In this document: positions 23,408 through 33,056 of the stretch, piece after piece
Numbering within the stretch: the stretch's first letter is position 1
Layout of the letters: every line of letters starts with the position of its first letter
Origin: a virus
Taxonomy: Duplodnaviria; Caudoviricetes
Reading direction: 5' to 3' (one strand)
DNA length: 45,482 bases
IMG/VR virus record: IMGVR_UViG_3300017978_000301
Coordinates: 1-45,482 of that record
Notes under the pieces: model-generated
The model's database searches: none
Seen by the model: only the letters and a program-made list of their open reading frames with translations
What the model was told of the DNA's origin: nothing
Made by a program: the position numbers and the translations under genes

Positions 23408-23581
23408 TTACTCGTCAGCAGGTTCAGGCGTGTTGCCTTCTTCCAGCCATTTCAAATAGGCTTGATAGTCTGTGTTGGCGGGGTCGAAGGGGATGCCAAC
23501 AATGACATCTTCATCAATCTTTGCAACGCCATCAGGGGTGTTGCCGTTCTTGTCTTTTGGGGGTAATTTGTATGTTGTCAT
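23408..23581 (-). CDS. Tail-fibre chaperone-like peptide (not in ORF track)
   Basis: IPFDPANTDYQAYLKWLEEGNTPEPAD. Confidence 0.75.
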   Translation of the reverse strand: MTTYKLPPKDKNGNTPDGVAKIDEDVIVGIPFDPANTDYQAYLKWLEEGNTPEPADE

Positions 23582-24640
23582 TTACAACTCCGAAGAAACT
23601 TCAATTGCGCCAGTATTCGTTGTGTATCCTGGTAAGCCAACAGCACTTGAGCCTGCGCCCGTTGTGGTGAAAAGAACCTGAGCAAAATTCACGGTTTGCT
23701 GTTGAATAGCTGAATATGTAAGGTTAGTAGCATCAGCTACTGTGTAGCTGTAAAAACCCAAAGTCCCTGATTTTGTGTAACTCGGATTTGCTCGCATCTC
23801 AACAGGGTTGTTAATCGTCACTACGACACTACCACCACCAGTAAGCCATGACCCCCATAGACTTTTTCCAGCTTTCCAAAAATACCGCTGACACAAAGCC
23901 AACTCAGTACCATACGGGCGGTAGTCAAAGCTCGTTGCTGTTGAGCCTTTTTCTAGTTGAACGCCTGTGATGTAGAAGGTGGCTCCGTTTGTACCCACTA
24001 CGTTCACTTGACCTGTTGGTGCGCGATAGTCATTGCCTGTCCATGCGCCAGCACCGCCAGTCTGTCCAGCGGAAACACTGTATGAAATAAACAAATAAAG
24101 GCCAGCGCCGTTTGTTGCTCCAATCCATGTGCCGCCTGTATCACCGGGAATAGTTGCTGAGACTTGTTGCCAAGTGTTTGCAGATGCAATCGTGTATTGG
24201 AAAACATAACTTCTGTTTCCCGCATCATTTTGAATTGCTCCACCAAATGTGCCAGTAAGACTTGATCGAACCCAAAATGACAATGTGATTGGTTGTGCGT
24301 TTGCAGTTCCCCACATTAAATCGGCAGTGTTGTAGCCCTCAATAGCCTGACGCAAGCTGTAATTTGATGCAGCAGATGTACTTGTGGAGGTTACACCATA
24401 GTAAAAAGAAAAACCTACTGGTGGAGTAACGCTACCTGCATTTTGCTGGACATTAAAACCGCCACCGCCCACGTTACATTTCCAACGATCAAGACCGTAT
24501 GCGTTTGAGGCTGGAGAAGTTTGAACTGCACCTGCATTACGCTGGTCAATCATCATCGCACCGTTGATGATGCGGTTCTTGAAGCCTGTGTACTGAGCCG
24601 CTGAACTTAGCAGCCCTTGGTCTACTTGTGTAAGTGCCAT
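23582..24640 (-). CDS. Tail fibre/RBP with carbohydrate-binding-like domain (paralog 1)
   Basis: GFKNRIINGAMMIDQRNAG...ITGVQLEKGSTATSFDYRPYGTELALCQRY; start moved to MALTQ. Confidence 0.8.
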   Translation of the reverse strand: MALTQVDQGLLSSAAQYTGFKNRIINGAMMIDQRNAGAVQTSPASNAYGLDRWKCNVGGGGFNVQQNAGSVTPPVGFSFYYGVTSTSTSAASNYSLRQAIEGYNTADLMWGTANAQPITLSFWVRSSLTGTFGGAIQNDAGNRSYVFQYTIASANTWQQVSATIPGDTGGTWIGATNGAGLYLFISYSVSAGQTGGAGAWTGNDYRAPTGQVNVVGTNGATFYITGVQLEKGSTATSFDYRPYGTELALCQRYFWKAGKSLWGSWLTGGGSVVVTINNPVEMRANPSYTKSGTLGFYSYTVADATNLTYSAIQQQTVNFAQVLFTTTGAGSSAVGLPGYTTNTGAIEVSSEL

Positions 24641-24642
24641 AT

Positions 24643-24834
24643 TTATTCTCCTTGTGTAGCCAACCACTCTTCAAACTTAGCTTGCTTGGCTGTTTCTTCA
24701 GCCACCTTAGCTAGTCGAGCAGTTTCTTGAATTTGCCATGCGGCATGAGAAGCTTGAGCTTGTGCTTGCTCTTCAATGGTTAGTTCAACTTCAGTTGTTT
24801 CACCAGTAGCAAGGTTGACTTCGATTCGCTTCAT
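24643..24834 (-). CDS. Small tail-associated protein
   Basis: RIEVNLATGETTEVELT motif. Confidence 0.7.
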   Translation of the reverse strand: MKRIEVNLATGETTEVELTIEEQAQAQASHAAWQIQETARLAKVAEETAKQAKFEEWLATQGE

Positions 24835-24839
24835 GTTTT

Positions 24840-25358
24840 TTACTCGTAAAGAATGTTGATTGAACCAGCATTAAATGTATCTGTGCCATTCACTGTTGTG
24901 ATGCGTACACGATCTAAAGTTCCTGATAATGTTTTGGAGCCTGCGTTTAAACTTAAACGACCAGCGTTATCAACAATATTTCCAGAGCTTACCCAAATAT
25001 TTCCGTTTAACAAAACAAGTGTTGAAGCACCTTGAAAATTAGAAGACGCTACAACAGTACCTTGCTGAACAAAGCCAGTAGTCACAAGGCCGCTGTTTGT
25101 TGGGCCGTTTGGGTACATAGCATCGCTTACATATCCAGTGTTAGCAACACTTCCAGAACCAATCTGCACTTGAAAAAGTGACGTTCCGCTTGTTCCAACA
25201 CCGTTAAACATCACAGTAATACGCTTCACCCAAGAAGGGATAGACGTAAAGTCAATGCTAGTGCCAGATGTGCTTGCTACGGCTGTGCCACTTGTAATAA
25301 GCGTACCACCTGAGTTTGCGTTAGAGCCAACGGTGGCTAGGTTTACTGCTTTTGTCAT
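24840..25358 (-). CDS. Short tail-tip/RBP-like protein
   Basis: ASTSGTSIDFTSIPSWVKRIT...LDRVRITTVNGTDTF.AGSINILYE. Confidence 0.75.
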   Translation of the reverse strand: MTKAVNLATVGSNANSGGTLITSGTAVASTSGTSIDFTSIPSWVKRITVMFNGVGTSGTSLFQVQIGSGSVANTGYVSDAMYPNGPTNSGLVTTGFVQQGTVVASSNFQGASTLVLLNGNIWVSSGNIVDNAGRLSLNAGSKTLSGTLDRVRITTVNGTDTFNAGSINILYE

Positions 25359-25519
25359 GCTAGTTGTTCCTCAGTAGGGCGAGCCAATGTTGGGTGTTCC
25401 CATTTAGCAATATAGTCACCGTTGCCATTGCTGTCGTTTTGAATGACGATGCCATGAAAAATCCACGGTTCATTTGGAAGCTCTGGGTACAAGGCTTTAA
25501 TTTTTTCAACGAGTGTCAT
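25355..25519 (-). CDS. XkdW-like chaperone peptide (not in ORF track)
   Basis: IQNDSNGNGDYIAKWEHPTLARPTEEQL; coupled at both ends. Confidence 0.7.
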   Translation of the reverse strand: MTLVEKIKALYPELPNEPWIFHGIVIQNDSNGNGDYIAKWEHPTLARPTEEQLA

Positions 25520-26556
25520 TACGCAGCCCTCACTAAATAAGCGCCAAAATATGTGTAAAGAGCAAGTCCATTAATAGTCACACTTCCCGAAGCCGAGTAG
25601 TCATAGCTATAAGCATATAACTCAAGAGTGTCTGTTGAGCCGTTCATGTAAATTGGTGGTGGTTCATTTACAACCGTAATTTCACCGCCGTTGCCCATAG
25701 TGAAAGAAATAAAGCTAGACTTTACGTTTGCACCATTTTTGTAAAGCATTACGTTTATTAAATACGATCGGTTAAATGTGCCTTGAAAGTCTATACCAGC
25801 TTTAACTTGATAGTACCCAGCAACAGTAGGTGTAAATGTACTGGAAGTAAAGTTGTTGTTTGTGTCATAAGACTCAGTATCAAACGTAACTTTTGTATTT
25901 GTATTATGTGATAAAGTTTGGTTTGCTGATTTATATGCACTAAACGCAGGACCAGTGCCAGCCACGTTTGTACCCACATACGTTTGAGTCAAACCAGCAG
26001 CACCAATGTTTGCCAGTGCAGCGCCACCAGCAATATATGTCGAGTTAACCGCACCAGCCGTAGCAGGGATAGCGTTCAACACCGAACTCACATAGAAGCT
26101 CTCAGTGGTTACCAAGTCGCCTGTAGTTGCACCAGAAGCCAATACAACACTGGTTCCGTTTGAAGCTGTGTAGTCAGCAGAACCAAGCATCACACCGTTA
26201 CGGTAGACGTTGATGTAGCCAACTGTGTAGCTAGGCACAGAGAAGGTTGTTTGACCAGAGGTAGCTGTGAACTCAGTCACAGTACGGTAAGCCGTAGTTG
26301 CCACGCCACTTGCAGGGATGCCCATGTAGCGCACAGAGATGTTGCCTGTACCGCTTGGAGGGGCAGCAGAGAACGTCAATGTTGTACCTGCGACAGCGTA
26401 GGTAGATGGGTCTTGCACTACGCCAGTGACGGCTACAAGGATAGAGGTTGTCGTGGCAGGAGCCACAGACATGGTGAATGCAACGGTTGAGCCGTTACCT
26501 GAGAACGTGTCTGTCAGGAAGGCTACGCTTGTTGGCTCATTGCCGATATAGCTCAT
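25519..26556 (-). CDS. Tail fibre with C1q-like C-terminal domain
   Basis: MSYIGN anchor; GPAFSAY, FD...DTNNNF, FTPTVAGYYQV, YMNGSTD..E.Y. Confidence 0.75.
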   Translation of the reverse strand: MSYIGNEPTSVAFLTDTFSGNGSTVAFTMSVAPATTTSILVAVTGVVQDPSTYAVAGTTLTFSAAPPSGTGNISVRYMGIPASGVATTAYRTVTEFTATSGQTTFSVPSYTVGYINVYRNGVMLGSADYTASNGTSVVLASGATTGDLVTTESFYVSSVLNAIPATAGAVNSTYIAGGAALANIGAAGLTQTYVGTNVAGTGPAFSAYKSANQTLSHNTNTKVTFDTESYDTNNNFTSSTFTPTVAGYYQVKAGIDFQGTFNRSYLINVMLYKNGANVKSSFISFTMGNGGEITVVNEPPPIYMNGSTDTLELYAYSYDYSASGSVTINGLALYTYFGAYLVRAA

Positions 26557-26714
26557 TGTTGCTCCTCTGCTGGCTCAGGGGTGTTCCCCTCTGATAGCCA
26601 TTGTAGATAGTCTGGGTTGGTTTCTGTGCAAGTCAAACGACAAACATTGTCATCATCAATACGGGCAACTATCTGAGGATCATTACCAACTTTTGGAAGA
26701 AGTTTATAAATCAT
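26553..26714 (-). CDS. Tail-fibre chaperone-like peptide (not in ORF track)
   Basis: NPDYLQWLSEGNTPEPAE; paralog of 23408-23581. Confidence 0.75.
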   Translation of the reverse strand: MIYKLLPKVGNDPQIVARIDDDNVCRLTCTETNPDYLQWLSEGNTPEPAEEQQ

Positions 26715-27796
26715 AGTTCAGCACTCCATGCAAGATATGCGGATGAATTTGCAGACCAAAGCATTGAAGGTTGGTTTGAAGTTAATCCAGATGCAACAGT
26801 AAAATTGACAACGGCTGACATATCAGTACTTGTTGAAAATGTTGGAACAGACGAACAAGAAATTTCAGTTTGTTGATGCCGCACTTTATAGTTAGCAGCC
26901 GTACCAGATTGCTCTAATGACGTTGGCCTAGTTCTTAAAGTAACAGGAAAGAACATCTGTCCCGTTGCAACGGTTGGTGCAGAGTTATATCCAACACCAA
27001 ATGGCTGGACATCCCCTGTTGCTTGAATCTTGTAGTAATACCGCTGGCACAAAGCCAACTCAGTCCCGTATGGACGATAGTCAAAACTTGTAGCTACAGT
27101 GCCTTTTTCTAGTTGTACACCAGTGATTTGCCATGTGGCGTTTAACGTAGAAATAATCTGCGTCTGTCCTGTTGCTCCAGCATAGTTAGCACCTGCCCAT
27201 ACTCCAGCAGTGCCAACACGGTTTGGGCCTTCTGCAATAGACCAGTTAATATTTATACCGATACCGTTTGTTGTAAGCCATGTTCCACTTGTATCACCAG
27301 CAATAGTGATTGATTTCTGTTCCCAAGTGTTTGCAGAGCTGATTGTGTAGCTAAACGGGTAGCTTCTATTAAATGCGCTGTTTCTTACCGAGCCACCAAA
27401 AGTGCCAGTAAGACTTGACTTGACCCAAAAAGATAATGTTACTGTTGCCGCACTAGCTGTTCCCCATGCTAGATCAGCGCAGTTCAAACCTTCAACCAAT
27501 TGAGAGAACCCAGAGTATTGGTCATTAGTTACACTTGCATCAGCAGTTGTAACAGTTGCTTTTGCAGAGTTAACAAAACCAGCAGGAGCATCAGAGACTT
27601 GTTGAAGTGTAAAAACACCCTCTGTATTGTCAAATGCCCAAAACCTGTCCATCACATAGTTTTTAGCGTCTGTGTTAATTGTGACACTAGCTCCAGCATT
27701 TCTCTGGTCGATTTGCATCCCGCCGTTGATGATACGGTTCTTAAACCCATAGCCAAGTCCACTGATGGACGAGGTGTCAATTGTGCTGATTGCCAT
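26711..27796 (-). CDS. Tail fibre/RBP (paralog 2)
   Basis: Same conserved blocks as 23582-24640. Confidence 0.8.
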   Translation of the reverse strand: MAISTIDTSSISGLGYGFKNRIINGGMQIDQRNAGASVTINTDAKNYVMDRFWAFDNTEGVFTLQQVSDAPAGFVNSAKATVTTADASVTNDQYSGFSQLVEGLNCADLAWGTASAATVTLSFWVKSSLTGTFGGSVRNSAFNRSYPFSYTISSANTWEQKSITIAGDTSGTWLTTNGIGININWSIAEGPNRVGTAGVWAGANYAGATGQTQIISTLNATWQITGVQLEKGTVATSFDYRPYGTELALCQRYYYKIQATGDVQPFGVGYNSAPTVATGQMFFPVTLRTRPTSLEQSGTAANYKVRHQQTEISCSSVPTFSTSTDMSAVVNFTVASGLTSNQPSMLWSANSSAYLAWSAEL

Positions 27797-27798
27797 GT

Positions 27799-28056
27799 TT
27801 AGGCTCCTTGACGAGAAGCTGCTTCTGCTTGAGCGGCTTGATACGCAGAGATAACTTCAGAAGTCCATGCCACATTACAAATTGCTACTACGTTAGCTGG
27901 TTGACCTGTCAGGTCTTGACCGGGTGTCAGGCTTGTGCGGTGGAATGTCTGTGCGATCTGCTCACCGCTTTTGAGGATGCGAGTTGCTTCACGGTACAAC
28001 ACTGTGCCGTTTTCAGTGACGGTGATTTGGTCGATGACTTTGGTTTCTGTAAACAT
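27799..28056 (-). CDS. Small tail-associated protein
   Basis: VIDQITVTENG...FHRTSLTPGQD...VAICNVAWT. Confidence 0.75.
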   Translation of the reverse strand: MFTETKVIDQITVTENGTVLYREATRILKSGEQIAQTFHRTSLTPGQDLTGQPANVVAICNVAWTSEVISAYQAAQAEAASRQGA

Positions 28057-28112
28057 GATGTGTTCCTTTGTGTTGTGTCCAGCCTAATCAATCCAATCAG
28101 GCTAATGAACTC

Positions 28113-28943
28113 TTAGGTTGAAGTGACGTAGGTAAAGGATAAACGGTAAATATAGCCATTTGTCCAAACAATTCCGCCGTTTGTGCTGTTTTGAATGTTG
28201 AAGCTAGTGCTTAAATCTATGGCTGGATAGTAAATAACACCTGTTGCCGCCGTTTCTCGGCACACACCGTATGCTTGATTAGCCGAAGAAAAAGGCAAAC
28301 CAGAAACCCCTAAACCTCCAGATGCTGTTCCAACAGATGTGAGTTGAAGGTTAGCTGTAACTGTAACTAGACGACCAATTTTTGTGTAAGTGCCGTTCAA
28401 TGTCCCAGAGCCAAAACCAGAGGTTGTTACAGCAGGTGTCCAAGTCCCTTCCTCATAATCATCTAGCGTGTTTGCGTCAGTTGATGCAGATTGAGTTGCA
28501 GGAAATGTGATACCAGAACCAGAAGCAGATGCGGTAGCGCCACCAACACCAATAGTTGTTGTAAACGTAGGAAGGCTTGCCAAAGCAACAGCGCCTGTGC
28601 CTGTTTTGCTACTTAACTTGGCTGTAGTGACACTAGCATCTGCCAACTGAGTTGCACCGACAGTACCTTGACCCGGCTGCATCACCTGAGTGATGGTGCT
28701 GACGTACTCAACGTAAATGTTGTTAGTACCCAACGATGGAGCGCCAGTAAACGTGATCGTGTTGTTCAGAACCGTGAAGGCTGTGCTTGGGTTCTGAGGT
28801 ACGTTGTTGACAACGACTTGAACTTGAGCCGATGACGCAACAGGTCGTGACAGCGTAAATGCAACAGTGCTACCGTCACCACTGAAGTAATCAATGGCGG
28901 GGGTAAATGCTTGCTGTGTTGAGGTATTGCCAATGTAGGACAT
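28113..28943 (-). CDS. Tail fibre protein
   Basis: MSYIGN anchor; ANTLDDYEEGTWTP; YTKIGRLV. Confidence 0.8.
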   Translation of the reverse strand: MSYIGNTSTQQAFTPAIDYFSGDGSTVAFTLSRPVASSAQVQVVVNNVPQNPSTAFTVLNNTITFTGAPSLGTNNIYVEYVSTITQVMQPGQGTVGATQLADASVTTAKLSSKTGTGAVALASLPTFTTTIGVGGATASASGSGITFPATQSASTDANTLDDYEEGTWTPAVTTSGFGSGTLNGTYTKIGRLVTVTANLQLTSVGTASGGLGVSGLPFSSANQAYGVCRETAATGVIYYPAIDLSTSFNIQNSTNGGIVWTNGYIYRLSFTYVTST

Positions 28944-28952
28944 TTAACCCCC

Positions 28953-29279
28953 TTATGTGATGTTCAGAACGGAAGTAATGACATCGCAAGACGCTGCGGC
29001 TGAAGAGATAACCTTGAGTGCATCGCTTGTCACCAGCACAGTCTTTTGGTCACCACCAACAACCACCAATGTGCCGCCTACAGGAACTGTAGCGTTCTTG
29101 ATCAGGTAGTAATCAACAGCAGAAGCCGTGATGTACGCACTCACAGTGATTGGCGAAATGGAAGTGTTGGCAAAGGACAAACCAATGACGGTGGTCTGTG
29201 TTGAAGCGCCAACAGTAACAACGGTGGCAGCAGATGTGCCAACGTCTTTATTTAAATATCGTGCAAAGGTGTTTGCCAT
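28953..29279 (-). CDS. Tail-fibre adaptor-like structural protein
   Basis: MANTF...VPVGGTLVVVGGDQK.VL motif. Confidence 0.7.
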   Translation of the reverse strand: MANTFARYLNKDVGTSAATVVTVGASTQTTVIGLSFANTSISPITVSAYITASAVDYYLIKNATVPVGGTLVVVGGDQKTVLVTSDALKVISSAAASCDVITSVLNIT

Positions 29280-29292
29280 TTTGTTTCCTTAC

Positions 29293-31491
29293 TCAACCCA
29301 AAGCAATTGCCATAGCAACTGCGGTTCCAGCAGGGTCCACCTGCAAATTCGTTTGTGCGCCAGCAATTGTAGTAGCTCCAGTACCGCCGTTAGCCAGTGG
29401 AAGCGTACCGTTTACGCCAGCAGTCAAAGAGACAGTGTTTTGTTCCCACAGGCTGGTTGCACTGTTATACACAATGGTTTGACCAGTAGATGGTGTTTGT
29501 GCGCTGACGTTATGAAGCTCATCAAGCTCATATCCGTTTTGAACTTTTACTTGAATCTTGCCTTGAGTTGGGTGGGCATAAGTTACAACGCCAACATAGA
29601 CCAGATGCGTTGGAGCATAAGGCTTAGTTCCCGTCATAGCGCCAGCCGTAACTCCGCTTAGGTAGAGCTGCTCGCCATCTGAATAAGCAGAAGTGTTAAG
29701 TCCAGTAACCAAGCCAATTATGGTTACATAGCCATTTGCGTTGTTTGCAATATCAGCAGTGATCAAACCTTGTGTTTGTGCAGATGTCGCATCAGACGTT
29801 GCCAAGGCTTTTGCCACAGTAGGCAATTGACCAACAGCGCCGTTGACATAAACAACAGTGCCTTTTGTAATTGTTGCGCCAGAGTTGTTTTTGACCTGCA
29901 AAAGCAAAGTAGACGCAGGAGAAGCAGCAGATACAGCCAAATCCACAGCAGTACCAACTTGGCTAACTGTGATGCTTCCATCGGCAGACGTTATGCTTGC
30001 CAAAGCGCCAACATCAGAAGCATTCAGAACAACAGTGCCTGTGTAGCCGTTTACTGATGTAACAGCGTCAGTGTTGTCAATCTTTTGCCAAGCAGTGCCG
30101 TTGTAGATAGCCCAATCGCCAATCTTCCAATCAGTGATGCCGTTCAAGTTTGTTGAACCAGCAACAGAAACTACATAGTAGTAGCCTTCAGTGCCTGTGC
30201 TTGATGCAAGTGTTGGGCTGTTAGCGTTAGCGTCCCATGTGCCTTGGTACTTGATAGCACCCAAGACAGCAGCAGGAAGTTGTGATGTTGGAACAGTGCC
30301 GCCACCATCAAGGGTAGCAACGCCACCAGCAGTGCCAGCGTTCAACTGAGCGGCAGTGCCAAGACCTAATACGCCACGAACACCAGCAGCCGTTGTAGCG
30401 CCTGTACCACCGCTTGCCAAAGCAAGAGTGCCACCCAAGGTAATAGTGCCAGCCGCAGTGATTGGACCGCCTGTCGCAGTCAAGCCAGTTGAGCCGCCAG
30501 AGACATCTACGCTAGTAACAGTACCTGTACCAGAGATGGCTCTCCACTCCACATCGCTTGCAGATGGGTTGACAGCAAGAATCTTACCTGCGTTGCCTGT
30601 GTATGAAGGCAAGAACAGATCAGCGCCAACCAGTTGAACTGCGCCCAAGGTAAAAGTCTGACCGTTCATTGAGAACGTGCTGTTTACCAAAGAAGAGTTG
30701 CCAATGTTGGTCAGTGTGTTTGAAGCACCGCTGATAGTCTTGTTTGTCAGTGTCTGAGTCTGGGTTGTACCAACTACATCACCAACAACGCCTTGAACGC
30801 TCACAGCAGAAGTAGCTGTAGCGGCATTGCCTGTAACGTCAATAGCCCAAGTGCCAGAAGCGCCTGTGCCTGTCAACGAAGGAACGCCAAGGTTTGTACG
30901 CGCACCAGAAGCAGTGGTAGAACCAGTGCCGCCATTTGCAACAGCAACAGTGCCAGTTACGTTTGCAGCGTTACCAGAGATGTCGCCTTGAATCTCGCTG
31001 CTGAATGTCTTAGTGCCAGCAACAGTTTGATTGCTGGTCAAATCCATGTACAAAGTTGAGCCTGTGACTTGAACCCAAGTGCCAGACTGCTTGTTGTACA
31101 AAGACTGAGGCGTTGTGCTGGTGTCCAAATACAGTTGAGTATTCAGACCAGTGCCAGACGATGGAGCGCCTGAGCCTGTCAACACTGGCAAGCCAGCGCC
31201 GTTCAACAGACCGGGTGTAGACCAAGTTAGGGCAGCAGATGTGCGTGAATCAACAACAGCAATAGAAACCCAAACCAGATTGGTAGGGCTTGCAGGAGGT
31301 GCATTCAACCAGCCTGATGGAGCTGTACCTGTGTTTGTAGTGAAGCTCCAAGAACCGCCTGTTGGGGTTGCTGGCGCTGTAGCAGAGTCATTAAAAATGA
31401 ACCACTCGAAATATGTGCCGCCAGAACCGCTACCAATGCCATAAAGGCCAACTGATTCTGCCGATGCGCCGTAGATGCCGCTTGTTGCCAT
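29293..31491 (-). CDS. Main tail fibre
   Basis: GGTG repeats, YQGTWDA, IGDWAIYNG.AWQKIDNTD, AVAMAIALG C-terminus. Confidence 0.85.
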   Translation of the reverse strand: MATSGIYGASAESVGLYGIGSGSGGTYFEWFIFNDSATAPATPTGGSWSFTTNTGTAPSGWLNAPPASPTNLVWVSIAVVDSRTSAALTWSTPGLLNGAGLPVLTGSGAPSSGTGLNTQLYLDTSTTPQSLYNKQSGTWVQVTGSTLYMDLTSNQTVAGTKTFSSEIQGDISGNAANVTGTVAVANGGTGSTTASGARTNLGVPSLTGTGASGTWAIDVTGNAATATSAVSVQGVVGDVVGTTQTQTLTNKTISGASNTLTNIGNSSLVNSTFSMNGQTFTLGAVQLVGADLFLPSYTGNAGKILAVNPSASDVEWRAISGTGTVTSVDVSGGSTGLTATGGPITAAGTITLGGTLALASGGTGATTAAGVRGVLGLGTAAQLNAGTAGGVATLDGGGTVPTSQLPAAVLGAIKYQGTWDANANSPTLASSTGTEGYYYVVSVAGSTNLNGITDWKIGDWAIYNGTAWQKIDNTDAVTSVNGYTGTVVLNASDVGALASITSADGSITVSQVGTAVDLAVSAASPASTLLLQVKNNSGATITKGTVVYVNGAVGQLPTVAKALATSDATSAQTQGLITADIANNANGYVTIIGLVTGLNTSAYSDGEQLYLSGVTAGAMTGTKPYAPTHLVYVGVVTYAHPTQGKIQVKVQNGYELDELHNVSAQTPSTGQTIVYNSATSLWEQNTVSLTAGVNGTLPLANGGTGATTIAGAQTNLQVDPAGTAVAMAIALG

Positions 31492-31500
31492 GTTATTTCC

Positions 31501-32487
31501 TTATTTGAAAGTATAGCGATACTCACGAGGTTGCCATTCAGATGTGAGATGTTGATCTCCACCTTTCCAACGGCCCTTGTTGTATTGATCTTCAATCAAG
31601 CCATACGATTCATCTAAACGAGCAAGCCACTTCTGCGCTTCTTCAGTGTTTTTGTTCTTGTCGTAATACGCCCACAATGTGCCGTACAGGTAGCCTTCAG
31701 GGAAGGAGGCTAGGACAGCATTACTTTGCACCAATGGCATCAATGGGTCACCAGTAGCGCCCAAGAGGAAAGAGAAGGTACGGATGTAATACGCTTTGAT
31801 GGTCACGCCTTCACCGGGGTTGGGCGTAAACACATAGTTAGGTCCGACTTCAGAGAAAGAACCACGGATCACACGAGGAACACCAAAAGGACGAACGTAC
31901 AGTTGGTCAATCATGCGGCGGCGAATAATCTCACGATCACCCACACGGTCATACATGATCCACGGGCCCATGCTTGCAGCAGGAGTGCCGGGTTCTACTT
32001 CAGAGTTTGGTGTTTGCTGGAAAAACAAAATAGGGATGTTCATATCCGCAGGGATAGGAGCCATACCTTCAGCGTTTGTGGTCAGAAATGTCGAATCATT
32101 TCCGTATGGGTTGGTGCGAAGACCGGGCAGCTCAAGAGTACGCATCTTGAGTTCAGCCAATTGAATTGATGTTTGGATTTCCAATGATGCCTGTGTAGGC
32201 AACATCATGATCACTGTTGGCAACGTAGCAGATGACCATGTTTCATCAGGATCGTCAACCGTGATGGTTGTGCTGCTAACTGCCAAGACTGCCGTGAAAG
32301 GACCAGAGATTGAGTAGCCAATAAAGTCACCAACATTGATAGTTCCAACAGGAGTTGGAGATACCGTCAATACACTGGTTTCATCGTCTAAAGCAGAAAC
32401 AGTGATAGTTGTTGATTTAGGAATTGCCCCTACCCACTGTGCTACACGACTTACTAATGCGTTAGCAGATTGAATGAATAGAGACAT
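31501..32487 (-). CDS. Head-tail adaptor protein
   Basis: IQLAE...LR and P..YLYG.L motifs; synteny. Confidence 0.65.
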   Translation of the reverse strand: MSLFIQSANALVSRVAQWVGAIPKSTTITVSALDDETSVLTVSPTPVGTINVGDFIGYSISGPFTAVLAVSSTTITVDDPDETWSSATLPTVIMMLPTQASLEIQTSIQLAELKMRTLELPGLRTNPYGNDSTFLTTNAEGMAPIPADMNIPILFFQQTPNSEVEPGTPAASMGPWIMYDRVGDREIIRRRMIDQLYVRPFGVPRVIRGSFSEVGPNYVFTPNPGEGVTIKAYYIRTFSFLLGATGDPLMPLVQSNAVLASFPEGYLYGTLWAYYDKNKNTEEAQKWLARLDESYGLIEDQYNKGRWKGGDQHLTSEWQPREYRYTFK

Positions 32488-32495
32488 GGCTTTCC

Positions 32496-33002
32496 TTACT
32501 TGGTCGGTATAGCAGGATTATATGGCAGTGGGATTTTTCCCGTGGGGTGGCAAACGAAATCTGAGTAGTATTCGTTCACGATTGCATAGAACAAAATCTT
32601 GTCTTTTTTGTCTTGCTTAATCAATTCCCAAGGACGGTTGTTGAACCACTTTGAGCTGATCTCATGAGCAAAACATTTAGGTAACTCCATCGCATGGAAC
32701 GTACCAGCAAAGAAGGGATTGTCAGTGCCATGTTCTTTGTAGAACTCACGGCGATTCTTACATTCCTCACGAATGGCTTCTACGTTCTTTTGCTCGTATT
32801 GCACATAACGTGCGCCATCCAAAGCACCAACTTTGTAGTCAATGTTTTTGGTTTTAAATGTTTGTGACCAAGTACCAGACTTGACCTCATTGAACATTTT
32901 GTCGTTCTTGATTAACGCACCTTCCATCCCGCCAGCAAGGTTGCCTTTGAGATAGTAGTCTTCGTCAACTTTAGCTTCTTCGTTGTTTAAGTTCAATTCC
33001 AT
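32496..33002 (-). CDS. Hypothetical virion-associated protein
   Basis: AAGGAG SD, immediately after MCP. Confidence 0.7.
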   Translation of the reverse strand: MELNLNNEEAKVDEDYYLKGNLAGGMEGALIKNDKMFNEVKSGTWSQTFKTKNIDYKVGALDGARYVQYEQKNVEAIREECKNRREFYKEHGTDNPFFAGTFHAMELPKCFAHEISSKWFNNRPWELIKQDKKDKILFYAIVNEYYSDFVCHPTGKIPLPYNPAIPTK

Positions 33003-33017
33003 GCAATTCTCCTTACC

Positions 33018-33041
33018 AAAAGAGCCTCCGAAGAGGCCCTT
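33018..33041 (-). terminator. Intrinsic terminator after major capsid gene
   Basis: GGGCCTC-TTCG-GAGGCTC-TTTT. Confidence 0.8.
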
Positions 33042-33056
33042 TCAGTAAATGACCTA

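Noticed and set aside
23582-27796. Diversity-generating retroelement or invertible shufflon acting on tail fibres
   Set aside because: No reverse transcriptase or invertase; paralog differences are not adenine-specific and all genes are co-oriented.
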